Source: Rebecca billardiae RCC1528
Taxonomy: Eukaryota; Protista; Haptophyta
Length of the DNA: 64,000 nucleotides
Assembly: GCA_965240325.2 (NCBI GenBank)
Contig: OZ251230.1
Span: 1,674,001-1,738,000, forward strand
Direction of reading: 5' to 3'
Shown here: piece after piece, positions 22,298 through 32,929 of the stretch
Numbering within the stretch: the first letter of the stretch is position 1
Layout of the letters: each line of letters opens with the position of its first letter
Made by a program: the position numbers and the translations under genes
The notes under the pieces: model-generated
What the model saw: only the letters and a program-made list of their open reading frames with translations
The model's database searches: none
What the model was told of the DNA's origin: nothing

Positions 22298-25200
22298 ATG
22301 GCGGAGCCGCCGGGTGGCGACATGCGTGACCAGCTCCCGCCGCGAGCTCTCGTCCTCAAGCCGCAGGACCTCCGCACGGCCATCTCCGACTCCGTTCTTG
22401 TGGTCATGGTCACGTCGAAGCCGGACATGGACGTCGCGCTCGCGTTCTCCAACCCGTCCTCGCCCCTCGAGCCGGGCAAGGACGATACCGGCGCGGACAA
22501 GCCCATCGTCTGCCCCCCGTCCACCGCCGCCGCCACCATCCAGGCCAAGCAGCTGCGCACGCAGGCTTTCATCGTGCAGTTGCTTCTCAAGGCGGTCGCT
22601 CCTCGCATCCTCGACCCGATCATCGCGCAGCTGCAGCACTCGGGTCTCGGGCTCGAGCTGTCTCCTCTTGTCAACGCGCTCAACGTGCGCTGCAACAGCT
22701 CCCGCCCCTCCTCGCTCGTCGCCAAGCTGTACGCCCTGCTCTCGATCAAGCTGTCGCCGAGCGAGAGCTTCCACACCTTTGCTGCCCGCGTGATGTCCAA
22801 CGCCACGGAGCTGCGCGGCGTCGAGATCAAGGACGACATCTTCACGCTCGTCGTGATCCTCGTGAACCTCTACGGCCGCAACCCGTCCTTCGTCAGCTCG
22901 GTGATCGCGACGATGAACGACCAGCCCATCTCGGTGGAGGATCTCATCGAGCGCGTGCACGATCTCGACCGCGTCGCCGCCGCCGCCAACGGCACGAACC
23001 CCAACCGCCAGGCCGTCAACGCGCTCACCTCCAAGGGCCAGCCCGGCGCATCCATGCCTCCTACCCCGTGCAAGTACTGCGGCGGCATGCACTGGAACCG
23101 CGACTGCCCGAACCGCCCCCAGACGTCCACCTCGCGCTCCTCGGGCGCGACGCCCGCAGCCGACGCTCGCTCAGGCGGCGCGCGCCGCCCGACTCACAAG
23201 TCCAACAAGCTCCAGCGCGTGCCCTCCGCGCCCTCGCAGTCGCAGCCGCAGCCGACGCCGCAGCGGGCGAAGCCGTCGGCGACCACGACGCGCGTGCGGC
23301 TCATCCAGGACAGCACGCCGACGCTCAACGCCATCTCCATCTCGGGCTCGGCGTCAGGCCCCAACTCGCAGCCGGCGGCGACCGACGCCGACGCGCCGCC
23401 GCCGCCGCCCGCCAACTCGCAGCCGCCCGCCGACTCGCCGCTGTCGCGGGCGCGCTTCAACTCGCTGCCGACGCTCGTCCTCACGCCGTCGTCGCGGCAG
23501 CCCGCCGGCGCGCCGCCGCCGCCGCCGGCGCCCGCCAACTCGCCGCCGCCCGCCGACTCGCAGCTGTCGCGGGCGCACTCCAACTCGCAGCCGGCGCTCA
23601 CCAACACGCCGCCGCTGCCGCCGCCCGCCGACTCGCAGCAGCCGGCGCTGTCGCTCATCGACCAGCAGCCGGCGCTCTACTCGCCGCCGCCGCCGCTGTT
23701 CGACCCGCCGACGCAGGCCAGCTCGCCGCCGCCGCCCTTCGGCCCGCCGTCGCCGCCGACGCAGGTCGACTCGCCGTCGCCGCCGGCGTCTGAGGCCGGC
23801 TCCCCGATCCAGCTCGCGACGGCGGCCGAGCTCGAGCGCGGCCAGAATGTGATCATCATGGCGTTGCGCCAGTCCATCCGCAAGCCCGCCTCCTACGAGC
23901 CGCTCCACCTCAAGCCGTTCCGTCTCGCCAACCCCCCGGACGACCGCGACGACTCCGCCTCCGACTCGGCCTCGGAGACGGACGATGAGCTGCCGGACCT
24001 CGTCCAGTGCACTCCCTCGTCCACGACCTCGGCTTCGGACGCGGCCTCGGACACGTCCGACGACTGCCCCAGCCTGGACGACGTCTCCATCGCGGGCAAC
24101 CACACCTACCCGCTCGGCCACCTCGGCCAGCTCGCCGGAGAGCCGCTCACGCTCAGCCCGTACGAGTTCCTCGCCGCAGCCGCCGCGGCCGAGGCCGAGA
24201 TCCATCGCGCACGGTCTTTCGGTGACGCCGGCGCCTACATCGATGACCTGCTCGTCCAGTACGAGCCGCCGCCGCCGCGGTTCAAGCACGAGGGTCGGCT
24301 CCGCGCGCTCTTCAAGTCCTCGCACGGTGCCTTCCTCTTCCTCGTCGCGCTCGCCGTCCTCGCCATCATCTCGATCCTCACCGCGGTCACCTGCTGCGCC
24401 TGCACCGGCCCGCCCATCATCTGCGGCGTCTCCCGCTCGTTTGACCCGATCAACCCGACCTGCATCCAGCAGCCGTTGCTCGCCGATCCGGAGGAGATTG
24501 AGAACGTGCACTCGACGATCTCCTTCGCCATCGGCACGCCGTTCACAGGCGACATCGCCCAGGCGAGCATCTCGATCATGATCGACACCGGCGCGGACAC
24601 CACCATCGCCTCGACCGCGTTCTCTCGGTTTGCCGCCAAGTCCTTCCGCCAGTTCTCGGAGGCGCGCGCGGCGAACGGCACGCGGATCAAGATCAACACC
24701 TCGGCCTCGTTCGCCCTCGGCATGCGCTCGATCGACGGCGACCTCATCACGCTGCCGCTCATGGACGTCCCGCTCTCTCCAGACGTCCCGGGCTTCTACA
24801 TGAGCGACACTTGGCTGACCCGCCTCGGCATCTCGTTCATCTCGCTCGCGGCGCCGACCACCTTCATGTCCGGCGCCACCCCGATCCACGCGCAGGGCGG
24901 CCGGTACCTACTGTACGGCGACAAGCTCGTTCCTCTGCACGGCCGCGATCTCGCATGCGCCGTCTTCATCCCGGACGACGACTCGCCGTCGCCCACCATC
25001 GCCGCGTCCGGCCTCCACGTGCCGCCCGCCCCGCTCCAGTCCTCGCTGCCGCCGCCGCCGGCGCAGCCGCCCACGCCCGACGGCGCTCTCGTCATCGTGA
25101 CCATGGACCAGGCCTCGCAGACCGCCGACCTCGCGCCGGACGACGACACGTTCTGCGACGAGTGCTGCGTCGAGTTCAAGGACACCGACGAGCTCTCGCG

Positions 25201-28060
25201 CGTCGCTCACCTCCGGCTCGGCCACGCTCACGCCGCTGCCGTCAACCGCACGCTCGCCGCATCCAAGCACCTCGGCGCGCGCAACCTCAAGTCGGACTGC
25301 TCGTGCGCGCTCGCCAAGATGAAGCGCAACTCGTTCACGTCCACGTCGCCCCGCTCGGAGAAGGCGTTCGTGCTCGTCCATGTCGACGTCGCCGGCTACG
25401 TCGACGGCAAGTTCATCGTGAACCCGGACGATTTTGCCAAGTTCTACGTGATCGTGTTTGTCGACGACTACACCCGGGCCGGCTTCATCTACTTCCTCGA
25501 CCGCCGCTCGGACGCACCGGAGGCGATGCGACGCTTCATCGACGACATGTCGGTCTACGGCCACACCGTCAGCCGCTTCCGCGTCGACGGCGCCCCCGAG
25601 CTCAACTCGACCGACTGGGAGGGCATCTGCCGCGCCCACGGCATCGCCCCCAACCAGGTCACGCCGCCCGACACGCCGCAGCACAACCCGATCGCCGAGC
25701 GCTTCATCCAGACGCTCTTCAACGCGGCGCGCTCGATCCTGTTCCACTCCAAGCTGCGCATCGACGCCTACGCCAAGGACGCGCTGCGCCACGCCGCGTA
25801 CATCATCCGCCGCATCGCCACGCCGGTGACGTTCGACAAGACGCCGTTCGAGCTGCTGCGCGGCTTCCCGCCAGATCTCGCTCAGCTGCGTGTCTTCGGC
25901 TGCGTCGCCTACGTCGTGCCGCCGAACACGCACTTCAAGAAGCTCGACCCGCGCGCCGTCATGGGCGTCTACGTCGGCCACGGCGACGACGGCCACATGG
26001 TGAACGTCCCGCCCAAGAACCGCACGCGCTACACGAAGGCGATCATCGTGCGCGTGCCCGGCGACGGCCAGATCGTCCCGGACATGTTCATCATCTCGCA
26101 CCACGTGCGCTTCGACGAGGACACGCTCTACGTCGACCACCCCGACGCCGCTCACATCGCGCGCGACCCGCTCGCCGCCGCGCCGCAGCTGCCGCCGACG
26201 CCGCCGCCGCTCGACCTCCATGCTGCCGATGTGGGTAATGGGGGAAGTTCCCACGGCGCCGTCCGGCGCCGCGATGGCGCCGGCGCATTCGGACACGCTG
26301 AGCGGGTGGGGGACGCACCGCACGCCTACGTCGGAGACGCTGACGACGACGCCGCCGGCGCCGAGGACTCCCTCGATGTCGGCAACGCGCTCAACGACGA
26401 CGACCCGCCCTCATCTCGCACGCGCGCGCGCGCACACGTCAACTCGGTCGCGTCGCCGACTTACTCCAAGCTGCCGCGCATCTACGCGCTCCTGCTCGCC
26501 ATCGGACTCTCGGACACGCCGACGGCGGTGCAAGCACTCAACGGCCCGCATGCGACGCAGTTCGCCGCCGCTCTCGACGCCGAGTACGCCTCCATCCTGG
26601 CCAACGACACGTGGGTGGAGGTGCCGCGCAAGCCGGGGATGCGCACGCTGAAGGCGGCGCCCGTGTTCAACATCAAGCGCGACAAGAAGGGCAACATCAA
26701 GCGGTTCAAGGCCCGCGTCGTGGGCAAGGGCTTCACGCAGATCGAGGGCATCGACTACGACGAGACCTTCTCCTCGGTCGTCCGCTACGAGACCCTCAAG
26801 ATGATCATCGCCATCGCCGCGGCCAAGCAGCGCCGCCTCTTCCACGGCGACTTCACGACGGCGTACCTCAACGCGCCGATCGACTACGAGATCTACCTCG
26901 AGCTGCCGCTCGGGTACAAGCCGACGACGAAGGGCGACGTCGTGCTGCGCCTCCTCAAGAGCCTCTACGGTCTCAAGCAGTCCGGCCGCAACTGGCGTCT
27001 CATGATCGACGACTGGATGAAGGAGTACGGGTTCGCGCAGAGCCAGGCCGACCCGTGCCTCTATGTCCTCAACACGCAGTCGGGCATCATCGCCGTGTGC
27101 ATCTACGTGGACGACATGCTCATCCTCGACGACAGCGACGACCCGACCGCCTGCGACAACTTCATCTCGAAGATCACATCCTCGTACAAGATGACCATCA
27201 CGGCCGACATCGACGGCTACCTGTCGGCCACGCTCACGCGCTCCAAGGACGGCATCATGGTGACCGTCACCAAGAACATCCTCGAGCTCCTCGAGAAGAC
27301 GGGCTTCATGAACTGCAACACGTCCGACACGCCGATGACCGAGGGCCTCAAGCTCGGCCCGTGCTCCGAGTCAGACGCGCTCGACGCGGAGACGACGACG
27401 TTCTTCCGCTCCGTGGTCGGCTCGCTCATCCACATCACGCAGTTTCGCCCGGACATCGCCTACGCCGTCGGCACGCTCACCCACTTCATGTCCAAGCCGG
27501 GCAAGAAGCACCTCGAGGCTGCCAAGCGCGTCATCCGCTACCTCGCCGGCACGCCGAACCACGGCCTCTTCTTCCGCTCGGGCTCGGACGTCACGCTCGT
27601 CGCGTACGTGGACGCCGACTACGCCAACGACCTCCACGACGAGCGCAAGTCTGTCACCGGCTACGTGATGCACCTCTGCGGCTCGACGGTGAGCGGCCGC
27701 CGCGAGAAGCAGCGCACGACGGCTCTGAGCTCGACCGAAGCTGAGTACATGGCCGTCACCTCCGCCGGCAAGGAGATCATCTTCATGCGCAAGCTGCTCA
27801 CCGACCTCGGCTACCCGCAGCTCGCGCCGACCAAGCTCTTCGAGGACAACAAGGCGGTGGTGGACCTCACGGACAACGAGAAGTACCACAACCGCACCAA
27901 GCACATCGACGTCCAGTACCACTGGAACCGTCAGCACGCCCGAGCCGGCACCTTCAAGCTCTTCTTGATCCCCGGCACCGAGAACCCGGCCGACATCATG
28001 ACCAAGCCGCTCGGCCCGGCCGCCTTCCTCAAACTTCGTGCTCAGATCCTGGGCATGTAA
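22298..28060 (+). CDS. Copia Gag-Pol polyprotein (1920 aa)
   Basis: Zn knuckle CKYCGGMHWNRDC, protease IDTGAD, HLRLGH..C (integrase Zn), integrase VHVD/RVDG/AERF, RT KARVVGKGF, LYGLKQSG and YVDDM, RNase H YVDADYA...ADIMTK. Confidence 0.97.
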   Translation: MAEPPGGDMRDQLPPRALVLKPQDLRTAISDSVLVVMVTSKPDMDVALAFSNPSSPLEPGKDDTGADKPIVCPPSTAAATIQAKQLRTQAFIVQLLLKAVAPRILDPIIAQLQHSGLGLELSPLVNALNVRCNSSRPSSLVAKLYALLSIKLSPSESFHTFAARVMSNATELRGVEIKDDIFTLVVILVNLYGRNPSFVSSVIATMNDQPISVEDLIERVHDLDRVAAAANGTNPNRQAVNALTSKGQPGASMPPTPCKYCGGMHWNRDCPNRPQTSTSRSSGATPAADARSGGARRPTHKSNKLQRVPSAPSQSQPQPTPQRAKPSATTTRVRLIQDSTPTLNAISISGSASGPNSQPAATDADAPPPPPANSQPPADSPLSRARFNSLPTLVLTPSSRQPAGAPPPPPAPANSPPPADSQLSRAHSNSQPALTNTPPLPPPADSQQPALSLIDQQPALYSPPPPLFDPPTQASSPPPPFGPPSPPTQVDSPSPPASEAGSPIQLATAAELERGQNVIIMALRQSIRKPASYEPLHLKPFRLANPPDDRDDSASDSASETDDELPDLVQCTPSSTTSASDAASDTSDDCPSLDDVSIAGNHTYPLGHLGQLAGEPLTLSPYEFLAAAAAAEAEIHRARSFGDAGAYIDDLLVQYEPPPPRFKHEGRLRALFKSSHGAFLFLVALAVLAIISILTAVTCCACTGPPIICGVSRSFDPINPTCIQQPLLADPEEIENVHSTISFAIGTPFTGDIAQASISIMIDTGADTTIASTAFSRFAAKSFRQFSEARAANGTRIKINTSASFALGMRSIDGDLITLPLMDVPLSPDVPGFYMSDTWLTRLGISFISLAAPTTFMSGATPIHAQGGRYLLYGDKLVPLHGRDLACAVFIPDDDSPSPTIAASGLHVPPAPLQSSLPPPPAQPPTPDGALVIVTMDQASQTADLAPDDDTFCDECCVEFKDTDELSRVAHLRLGHAHAAAVNRTLAASKHLGARNLKSDCSCALAKMKRNSFTSTSPRSEKAFVLVHVDVAGYVDGKFIVNPDDFAKFYVIVFVDDYTRAGFIYFLDRRSDAPEAMRRFIDDMSVYGHTVSRFRVDGAPELNSTDWEGICRAHGIAPNQVTPPDTPQHNPIAERFIQTLFNAARSILFHSKLRIDAYAKDALRHAAYIIRRIATPVTFDKTPFELLRGFPPDLAQLRVFGCVAYVVPPNTHFKKLDPRAVMGVYVGHGDDGHMVNVPPKNRTRYTKAIIVRVPGDGQIVPDMFIISHHVRFDEDTLYVDHPDAAHIARDPLAAAPQLPPTPPPLDLHAADVGNGGSSHGAVRRRDGAGAFGHAERVGDAPHAYVGDADDDAAGAEDSLDVGNALNDDDPPSSRTRARAHVNSVASPTYSKLPRIYALLLAIGLSDTPTAVQALNGPHATQFAAALDAEYASILANDTWVEVPRKPGMRTLKAAPVFNIKRDKKGNIKRFKARVVGKGFTQIEGIDYDETFSSVVRYETLKMIIAIAAAKQRRLFHGDFTTAYLNAPIDYEIYLELPLGYKPTTKGDVVLRLLKSLYGLKQSGRNWRLMIDDWMKEYGFAQSQADPCLYVLNTQSGIIAVCIYVDDMLILDDSDDPTACDNFISKITSSYKMTITADIDGYLSATLTRSKDGIMVTVTKNILELLEKTGFMNCNTSDTPMTEGLKLGPCSESDALDAETTTFFRSVVGSLIHITQFRPDIAYAVGTLTHFMSKPGKKHLEAAKRVIRYLAGTPNHGLFFRSGSDVTLVAYVDADYANDLHDERKSVTGYVMHLCGSTVSGRREKQRTTALSSTEAEYMAVTSAGKEIIFMRKLLTDLGYPQLAPTKLFEDNKAVVDLTDNEKYHNRTKHIDVQYHWNRQHARAGTFKLFLIPGTENPADIMTKPLGPAAFLKLRAQILGM

Positions 28061-28313
28061 GGCCTCGCCGCACACACGAAGTCCCAGTGCTACATCGGTC
28101 GCCGCTCGTCGGACGCACATTGACCTCACGCTGTCTCTTCTGAACGGAGACGCTGCCGGCACCGACTCGCCCGACTTCTACATCGTCTACTCGGACAACC
28201 GCTCCGACGCATGCATCCCATACGGCAACATCGCATCATCTACAATCACACGATGGTCACACGTCTACACCCAGTCCCTTCGGGTCGACCAGGTTTCGTA
28301 CGACCACCGCTGC

Positions 28314-28326
28314 GATTGGGTGGGGG
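28314..28326 (+). promoter_or_regulatory. Polypurine tract
   Basis: GGGGTGGGGG directly before the TG of the 3' LTR. Confidence 0.8.
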
Positions 28327-28669
28327 TGTCAAGATCCAACGTTACCCGGACTCGCTCTCCCGTGCGTACACACCCGGATCACCAACCGTCACACTACACC
28401 AGACTACACCGACATTCATTATCGAGTCGGGATCATACACGCGCCCATCATGGCCACTTTCCCGACTTACCCGTTGATGGCTATCAGTGCCTCCAGCACA
28501 GTCTTAGACGGCTCGGGATTCCTTCCTCGCCAGGGCAGTTCAGTTCCGTGTCGCTTCATCGCTTCACCGCACCTCGAGTCGAACTCCCAACTCCTCGTCG
28601 TCCGCACCGACGAGCCTCAGCGTCACGCCTCGGGCCTCACGGCCCCGTCGCTCTCTTCACCCTTTGACA
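28327..28669 (+). repeat. 3' LTR (343 bp)
   Basis: Matches the 5' LTR apart from 79 extra bp (28423..28501) and a few substitutions. Confidence 0.95.
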
Positions 28670-30379
28670 AAGAGGATGCGCGCAGGATTTGGGGGATTTT
28701 TGTAGGCGGATTTAGGTGTGAAATCCGCAGCATAGAGACCCCATTTCGCTGCTCATGATTGCGTTTGTACTGCTCCTTAATCCTTGGATAGTAAGTAATA
28801 GAAGAAATCGGAATCAAATAGACGAAGTCATCTCTGATACCTTTCTGATAGTCAAGATTCGTGTGTTGAACTGACCATAAAAAGGTGAGATATCGAACTA
28901 ATTCTCTGGATAGCTGTTCACTGCTCAGATTCATCAAAGCGACGCGATATGGTATTGCGCGGGCAGCTTGAATCGACGTTCCCGCGCGCCCTTGTATCAT
29001 ATGGTTATCAAGCTACCCTTGCTGATATAGTTTTGGTCATCTACTGATACGACGTCAATGCGGGTGGCAATCCTGACGGGCCTGATGAAATCTCATGAGC
29101 ATAAGAATTTCTACCGCTTCACGCACGACCCTTGATTCTCTCCCATTTAATACCGGCGCGTCCGGGACTCACCGGGAGAGCTTGACGAATATGAACGATA
29201 AACTTGAGCGGACAAATCTTCATAATATCTCCCTTCATGATTAATACTATGCCATGGTACGGCCTTTATAGCTCGCGCATTGACGGGCGGGCAGCCGAGG
29301 CTCCGAACGCAGAAAGCCGCCACTGCCCATGTAGGCCGCCGCCGCACGATCGTTCAATCCGACAGACTCAGCGCAGGTGCGCGCGGCTGCGGTGGGTCCC
29401 AACGGCCGTCGGCATCGCATTCGTGCCTCTTTCCCCCCTCGCGCCCCGCCCCGGTGCCGACCCGCGTCCACGCGCGTCGGCGCTGACGCCCGTCGCGCAG
29501 TTTCTTTGTGGCAAGCTCTTGGCAGCTGCTGCTGCAACTACGAGTCGCTCGCAGACGGCAGAGGTGATGCTGCTGGCGGCCAGAGGGCGATACGATGCCG
29601 TGTCTTTGACTGGGCTGTGCCGACCCATCACGGCCACGCGCGCGGTGCGCGGCGTGTGACCTACATCGCCTTGCGAGGGCAGCCGCGGGCGAAGATGTGG
29701 TGCAGGCTCGAGGCACACTCGCCCCGTGCCGTGTGTGACGTCCGTGGCTGCTGCATCGTCTGGGAGCGGCGAGCGCACGATCAGCTTGCAGCTGCCATCG
29801 CGGGCGACGGCACTGTCTCGTGGTCAAACACAGCGCTCGGCGTGAGTGAGCAGCCCGCGGGAGCGGTGGCAGTGACCGAGCTGCGCCGCACCGCCGGCCG
29901 CACGCGCGTGCGCCAGTTGGGTGGCGTCGTGGCCTCGCCTTTCAGCCGTTTCATCCGCCGCGCAGGCCGATTTTACGCCGTCAGCAGCCATTTGTCGACG
30001 CGCTACGCGTCAGACGGCTGACGACTGCCGGGTGATCCGCCAGTGTCGGGCCGAGGTGGTCTCCGGGAGCGCGCGCTTCGCCGGCGTTTACTGTAACTAA
30101 TCTGTATAACCCGACTGCTCAGCCGCATCACCCAGCGCAGCTTCGCCCGCGACGACGGCTTCGCCTGGCTACCACTGCTCATCAGCCGCGTGCCCGGCTT
30201 CGGCTCGGCGGGCGTCCGGTTCGGCCGAGCACGGCTGCAGCGCAGCACGCGAGACCTCGGCTGGAGCGGCCGGCTGTGACGCGGATGGCGGAGGTGGGCT
30301 TTGGGCTCGGGCTGCCCATGAGCCACCACGGGCTGTACCGTCTGCGCAGATCGCGCTCGGCCCGGCCGCAGCCCTCCTG

Positions 30380-30503
30380 AGCGCGCGCCTCAGAGCTGAG
30401 ACTGATCACGGGCAGGCGCACGAGCGACACTGCCGTGCGGCGAGCGCGCGCCTCAGAGCTGAGACTGATCACGGGCAGGCGCACGAGCGACACTGCCGTG
30501 CGG
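30380..30503. repeat. ~62-bp tandem duplication inside element B
   Basis: AGCGCGCGCCTCAGAGCTGAGACTGATCACGGGCAGGCGCACGAGCGACACTGCCGTGCGGC twice. Confidence 0.85.
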
Positions 30504-30683
30504 CTGTGTCGAGCCGCCGCGTGTGCTCGCAGGCGCGGCGCTCGCATGGGCTCAACGTGGGCGCAGCGGGTGCGCGCAGCTGGCGCACGCAGCCACGCGC
30601 GGAACTAGCTAGGGCCGTGCGCCCTCAACTTCGTTGTTTACTACCCGAAGATCGGCGTAGCCGATCTTTATAATAATAACTAT

Positions 30684-32707
30684 GACCGCGTTCCGCGGTC
30701 CTTTTCCGTAGAACCAACGCAGTTCGGGGCCCGCGGCGCAGTGGTTGAGAATGAGACTGACGAGTCAGTCAGTCCGAGTCAGAAAGACAGTTCAGCCACT
30801 CTGAGAGGGAGAGTCAGACCCGAGACCGAGTCTCGGACTCGGCGCGAGTATGCGGGCGCGCACGGCCAAGGGTGGCATGGGACACCAGCGGACGGGCCGC
30901 GCGGGGAAGCGGGGCGGCGCGCTCGCAGGGCGAGAGGCGCGGAGCGGACGGGCCGCGCGGGGAAGCGGGGCGGCGGCGCGCGCAGGGCGAGAGGGCGAGA
31001 GGCGCCGCGCGGCGCCGGGCCGGCGCGTGCGCGCGTGCGGGCGCACCTGCTTCAGCTTGCTTGCAAGGTGCTCGCGCTGCGCCATGCGCTCGACGAAGGG
31101 CCGCTGGTCGCGAGCCGGCGCGTGCGCGCGAGCGGGCGCACCTGCTTGAGGTACTCGCCCTGCGCCATGCGCTCGACGACGGGCCGCTGGTCGCTCAGCC
31201 GGCACGCCTCGTGCCGGCAGAGCGAGAGCGCGCGCCACTGCAGACTGCTGGCCCGCCGGCCTGCCGGCTGCGCAGCCGCGCACCGAGACCGACCGAGCGG
31301 AGCTCGGGGCGGTGGAACGAGGCGAGCGGCGCGTCGCGCCTGCCGCCGCGCGTGCGCGCCTGCTCCACCGCGCCGCCGTGCTCGCCCGCCGCCTCCTCCG
31401 CCGCGTCGGCCTCGAAGACGGCGGCTGCCAGCGGCAGGCTGAGCTGCGCGCGGCTCACTCACACTGTCTGTGAGTCCTCACGCTGCTGCCGGACCTCCGC
31501 GCCGCCGTCGACCGAGTTGAGGAGGAGCTCGCGCTCGGCGTCGAGGCGCGAGCTCGCGTGCTCGAGCTCGCCCTTCAGCCGCGCGAGCTCCGGGCGCATC
31601 CGGCTCATCAGCTCTGCCGCGCCGCTCGCTCGGCGGCGGCGGGCGGCGCGCTCTGCTCCGGTCGGCGAGCGACGAGCTCGCGTGCTCCGGACTCGGCTCG
31701 CCCTTGCGCGCTGCTCCTCGAGTGACGAACGCGCCCGCGGGCAGGTTGTTGCCCGTCGCCCCCGCCGCGATCTCGCCGCCCCCGCCGCGATCTCGTCGCC
31801 CGCCGCCTCCTCCGCCGCGTCGGCCTCGAAGACGGCGGCTGCCAGCGGCAGGCTGAGCTGCGCGCGGCTCACTCACACTGTCTGTGAGTCCTCACGCTGC
31901 TGCCGGACCTCCGCGCCGCCGTCGACCGAGTTGAGGAGGAGCTCGGGCTCGGCGTCGAGGCGCGAGCTCGCGTGCTCGAGCTCGCCCTTCAGCCGCGCGA
32001 GCTCCGGGCGCATCCGGCTCATCAGCTCTGCCGCGCCGCTCGCTCGGCGGCGGCGGGCGGCGCGCTCTGCTCCGGTCGGCGAGCGACGAGCTCGCGTGCT
32101 CCGGACTCGGCTCGCCCTTGCGCGCTGCTCCTCGAGTGACGAACGCGCCCGCGGGCAGGTTGTTGCCCGTCGCCCCCGCCGCGATCTCGCCGCCCCCGCC
32201 GCGATCTCGTCGCGCATGTGTCCGTGGCGCGCGCCTGCGAGGTGACAGGCGGGCCGCGAGCTCAGCCTCGGTCGGGGAGAGCGAGCGAGAGCGGAGAGGG
32301 CGAGACGCGCGGCCTGCGAGGCGACAGGCGCGCTCGGGGAGAGCATTTTACTATTCACATTTAGAAGTGATCAAGTTTCCCGAGCCCTTGCCTTGCCGTT
32401 TTTATCGGTTGGCGGTTGGCGGCAATCTCATACTAAATACTTAAAATCGCGCTCGTAACGAACCGTTACACTAATGTCACGTCCAGCTGACGTCCAGATC
32501 GCACTTCACTTAAGGGAATCAGCTGGACGCGCTTTTTTTCGGCCTAATAGACCTCTCTATGCGATCTCAAAAACTCGAAACTCGGTCTCCGCCAGCCCTA
32601 AAAATCGCCCCCCGTCCCTTTTTTCTTGATCAAAGATCTTTTTGAAACGTGGTTCGGGCCCGCTGGTGCGGGCTCCACGCTGCGCGCTCCGCCCTGCACC
32701 GCGGGCC
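30684..32707 (-). mobile_element. Non-autonomous Helitron2/Helentron-like element A3 (inverted near-identical copy of A2)
   Basis: Reverse complement of 19668..21700 apart from a few small indels. Confidence 0.8.
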
Positions 32708-32929
32708 ATGACTAGCGCGCAGCCTTGATGTAGTGTGTAAAGTACCGGCGGCGGATATTGGCGTCAGAGACCTCGGATCATCCGAGGGGGAGTGAGAAGG
32801 ACTGCCAAGGAGTGAAGCATTGCATGAGGTGAATCCTGGCCGGCCGTTCCGCGCGCGCGCCGGACCATTCCGACCAACCACGGGCGGGCCGTCCACCGCC
32901 GGTGGCCGCGCGTCGGGCATCCTGCCGGC

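Larger units (their letters stand above)
21934..28669 (+). mobile_element. Full-length Ty1/copia LTR retrotransposon
   Basis: TG...CA LTRs, 5-bp TSD AAGAG (21929..21933 / 28670..28674), PBS after the 5' LTR, PPT before the 3' LTR, single gag-pol ORF in PR-IN-RT-RH order. Confidence 0.97.
21852..30668 (+). mobile_element. Non-autonomous Helitron2/Helentron-like element B, interrupted by the copia insertion
   Basis: 5' hairpin GCGCACGCCCCCCCC...GGGGGGGGCGGCGC, 3' ATIR GGGCCGTGCGCC (inverse of 5' GGCGCACGCCCC), 3' hairpin AAGATCGGC-GTA-GCCGATCTT. Internal segment ~29377..29455 resembles A1 ~18377..18455. Confidence 0.65.

Noticed and set aside
28623-29000. 125-aa AT-rich minus ORF in element B
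   Set aside because: No Rep/helicase or other motif, runs into the LTR, and has non-host codon usage; probably non-coding.
19668-32707. One giant 13-kb TIR element (Polinton/Mutator/foldback) with 2-kb TIRs
   Set aside because: Each arm has its own complete 5' and 3' termini, also seen in the solo copy A1; no TSD at the outer ends and no polB, integrase or capsid genes.
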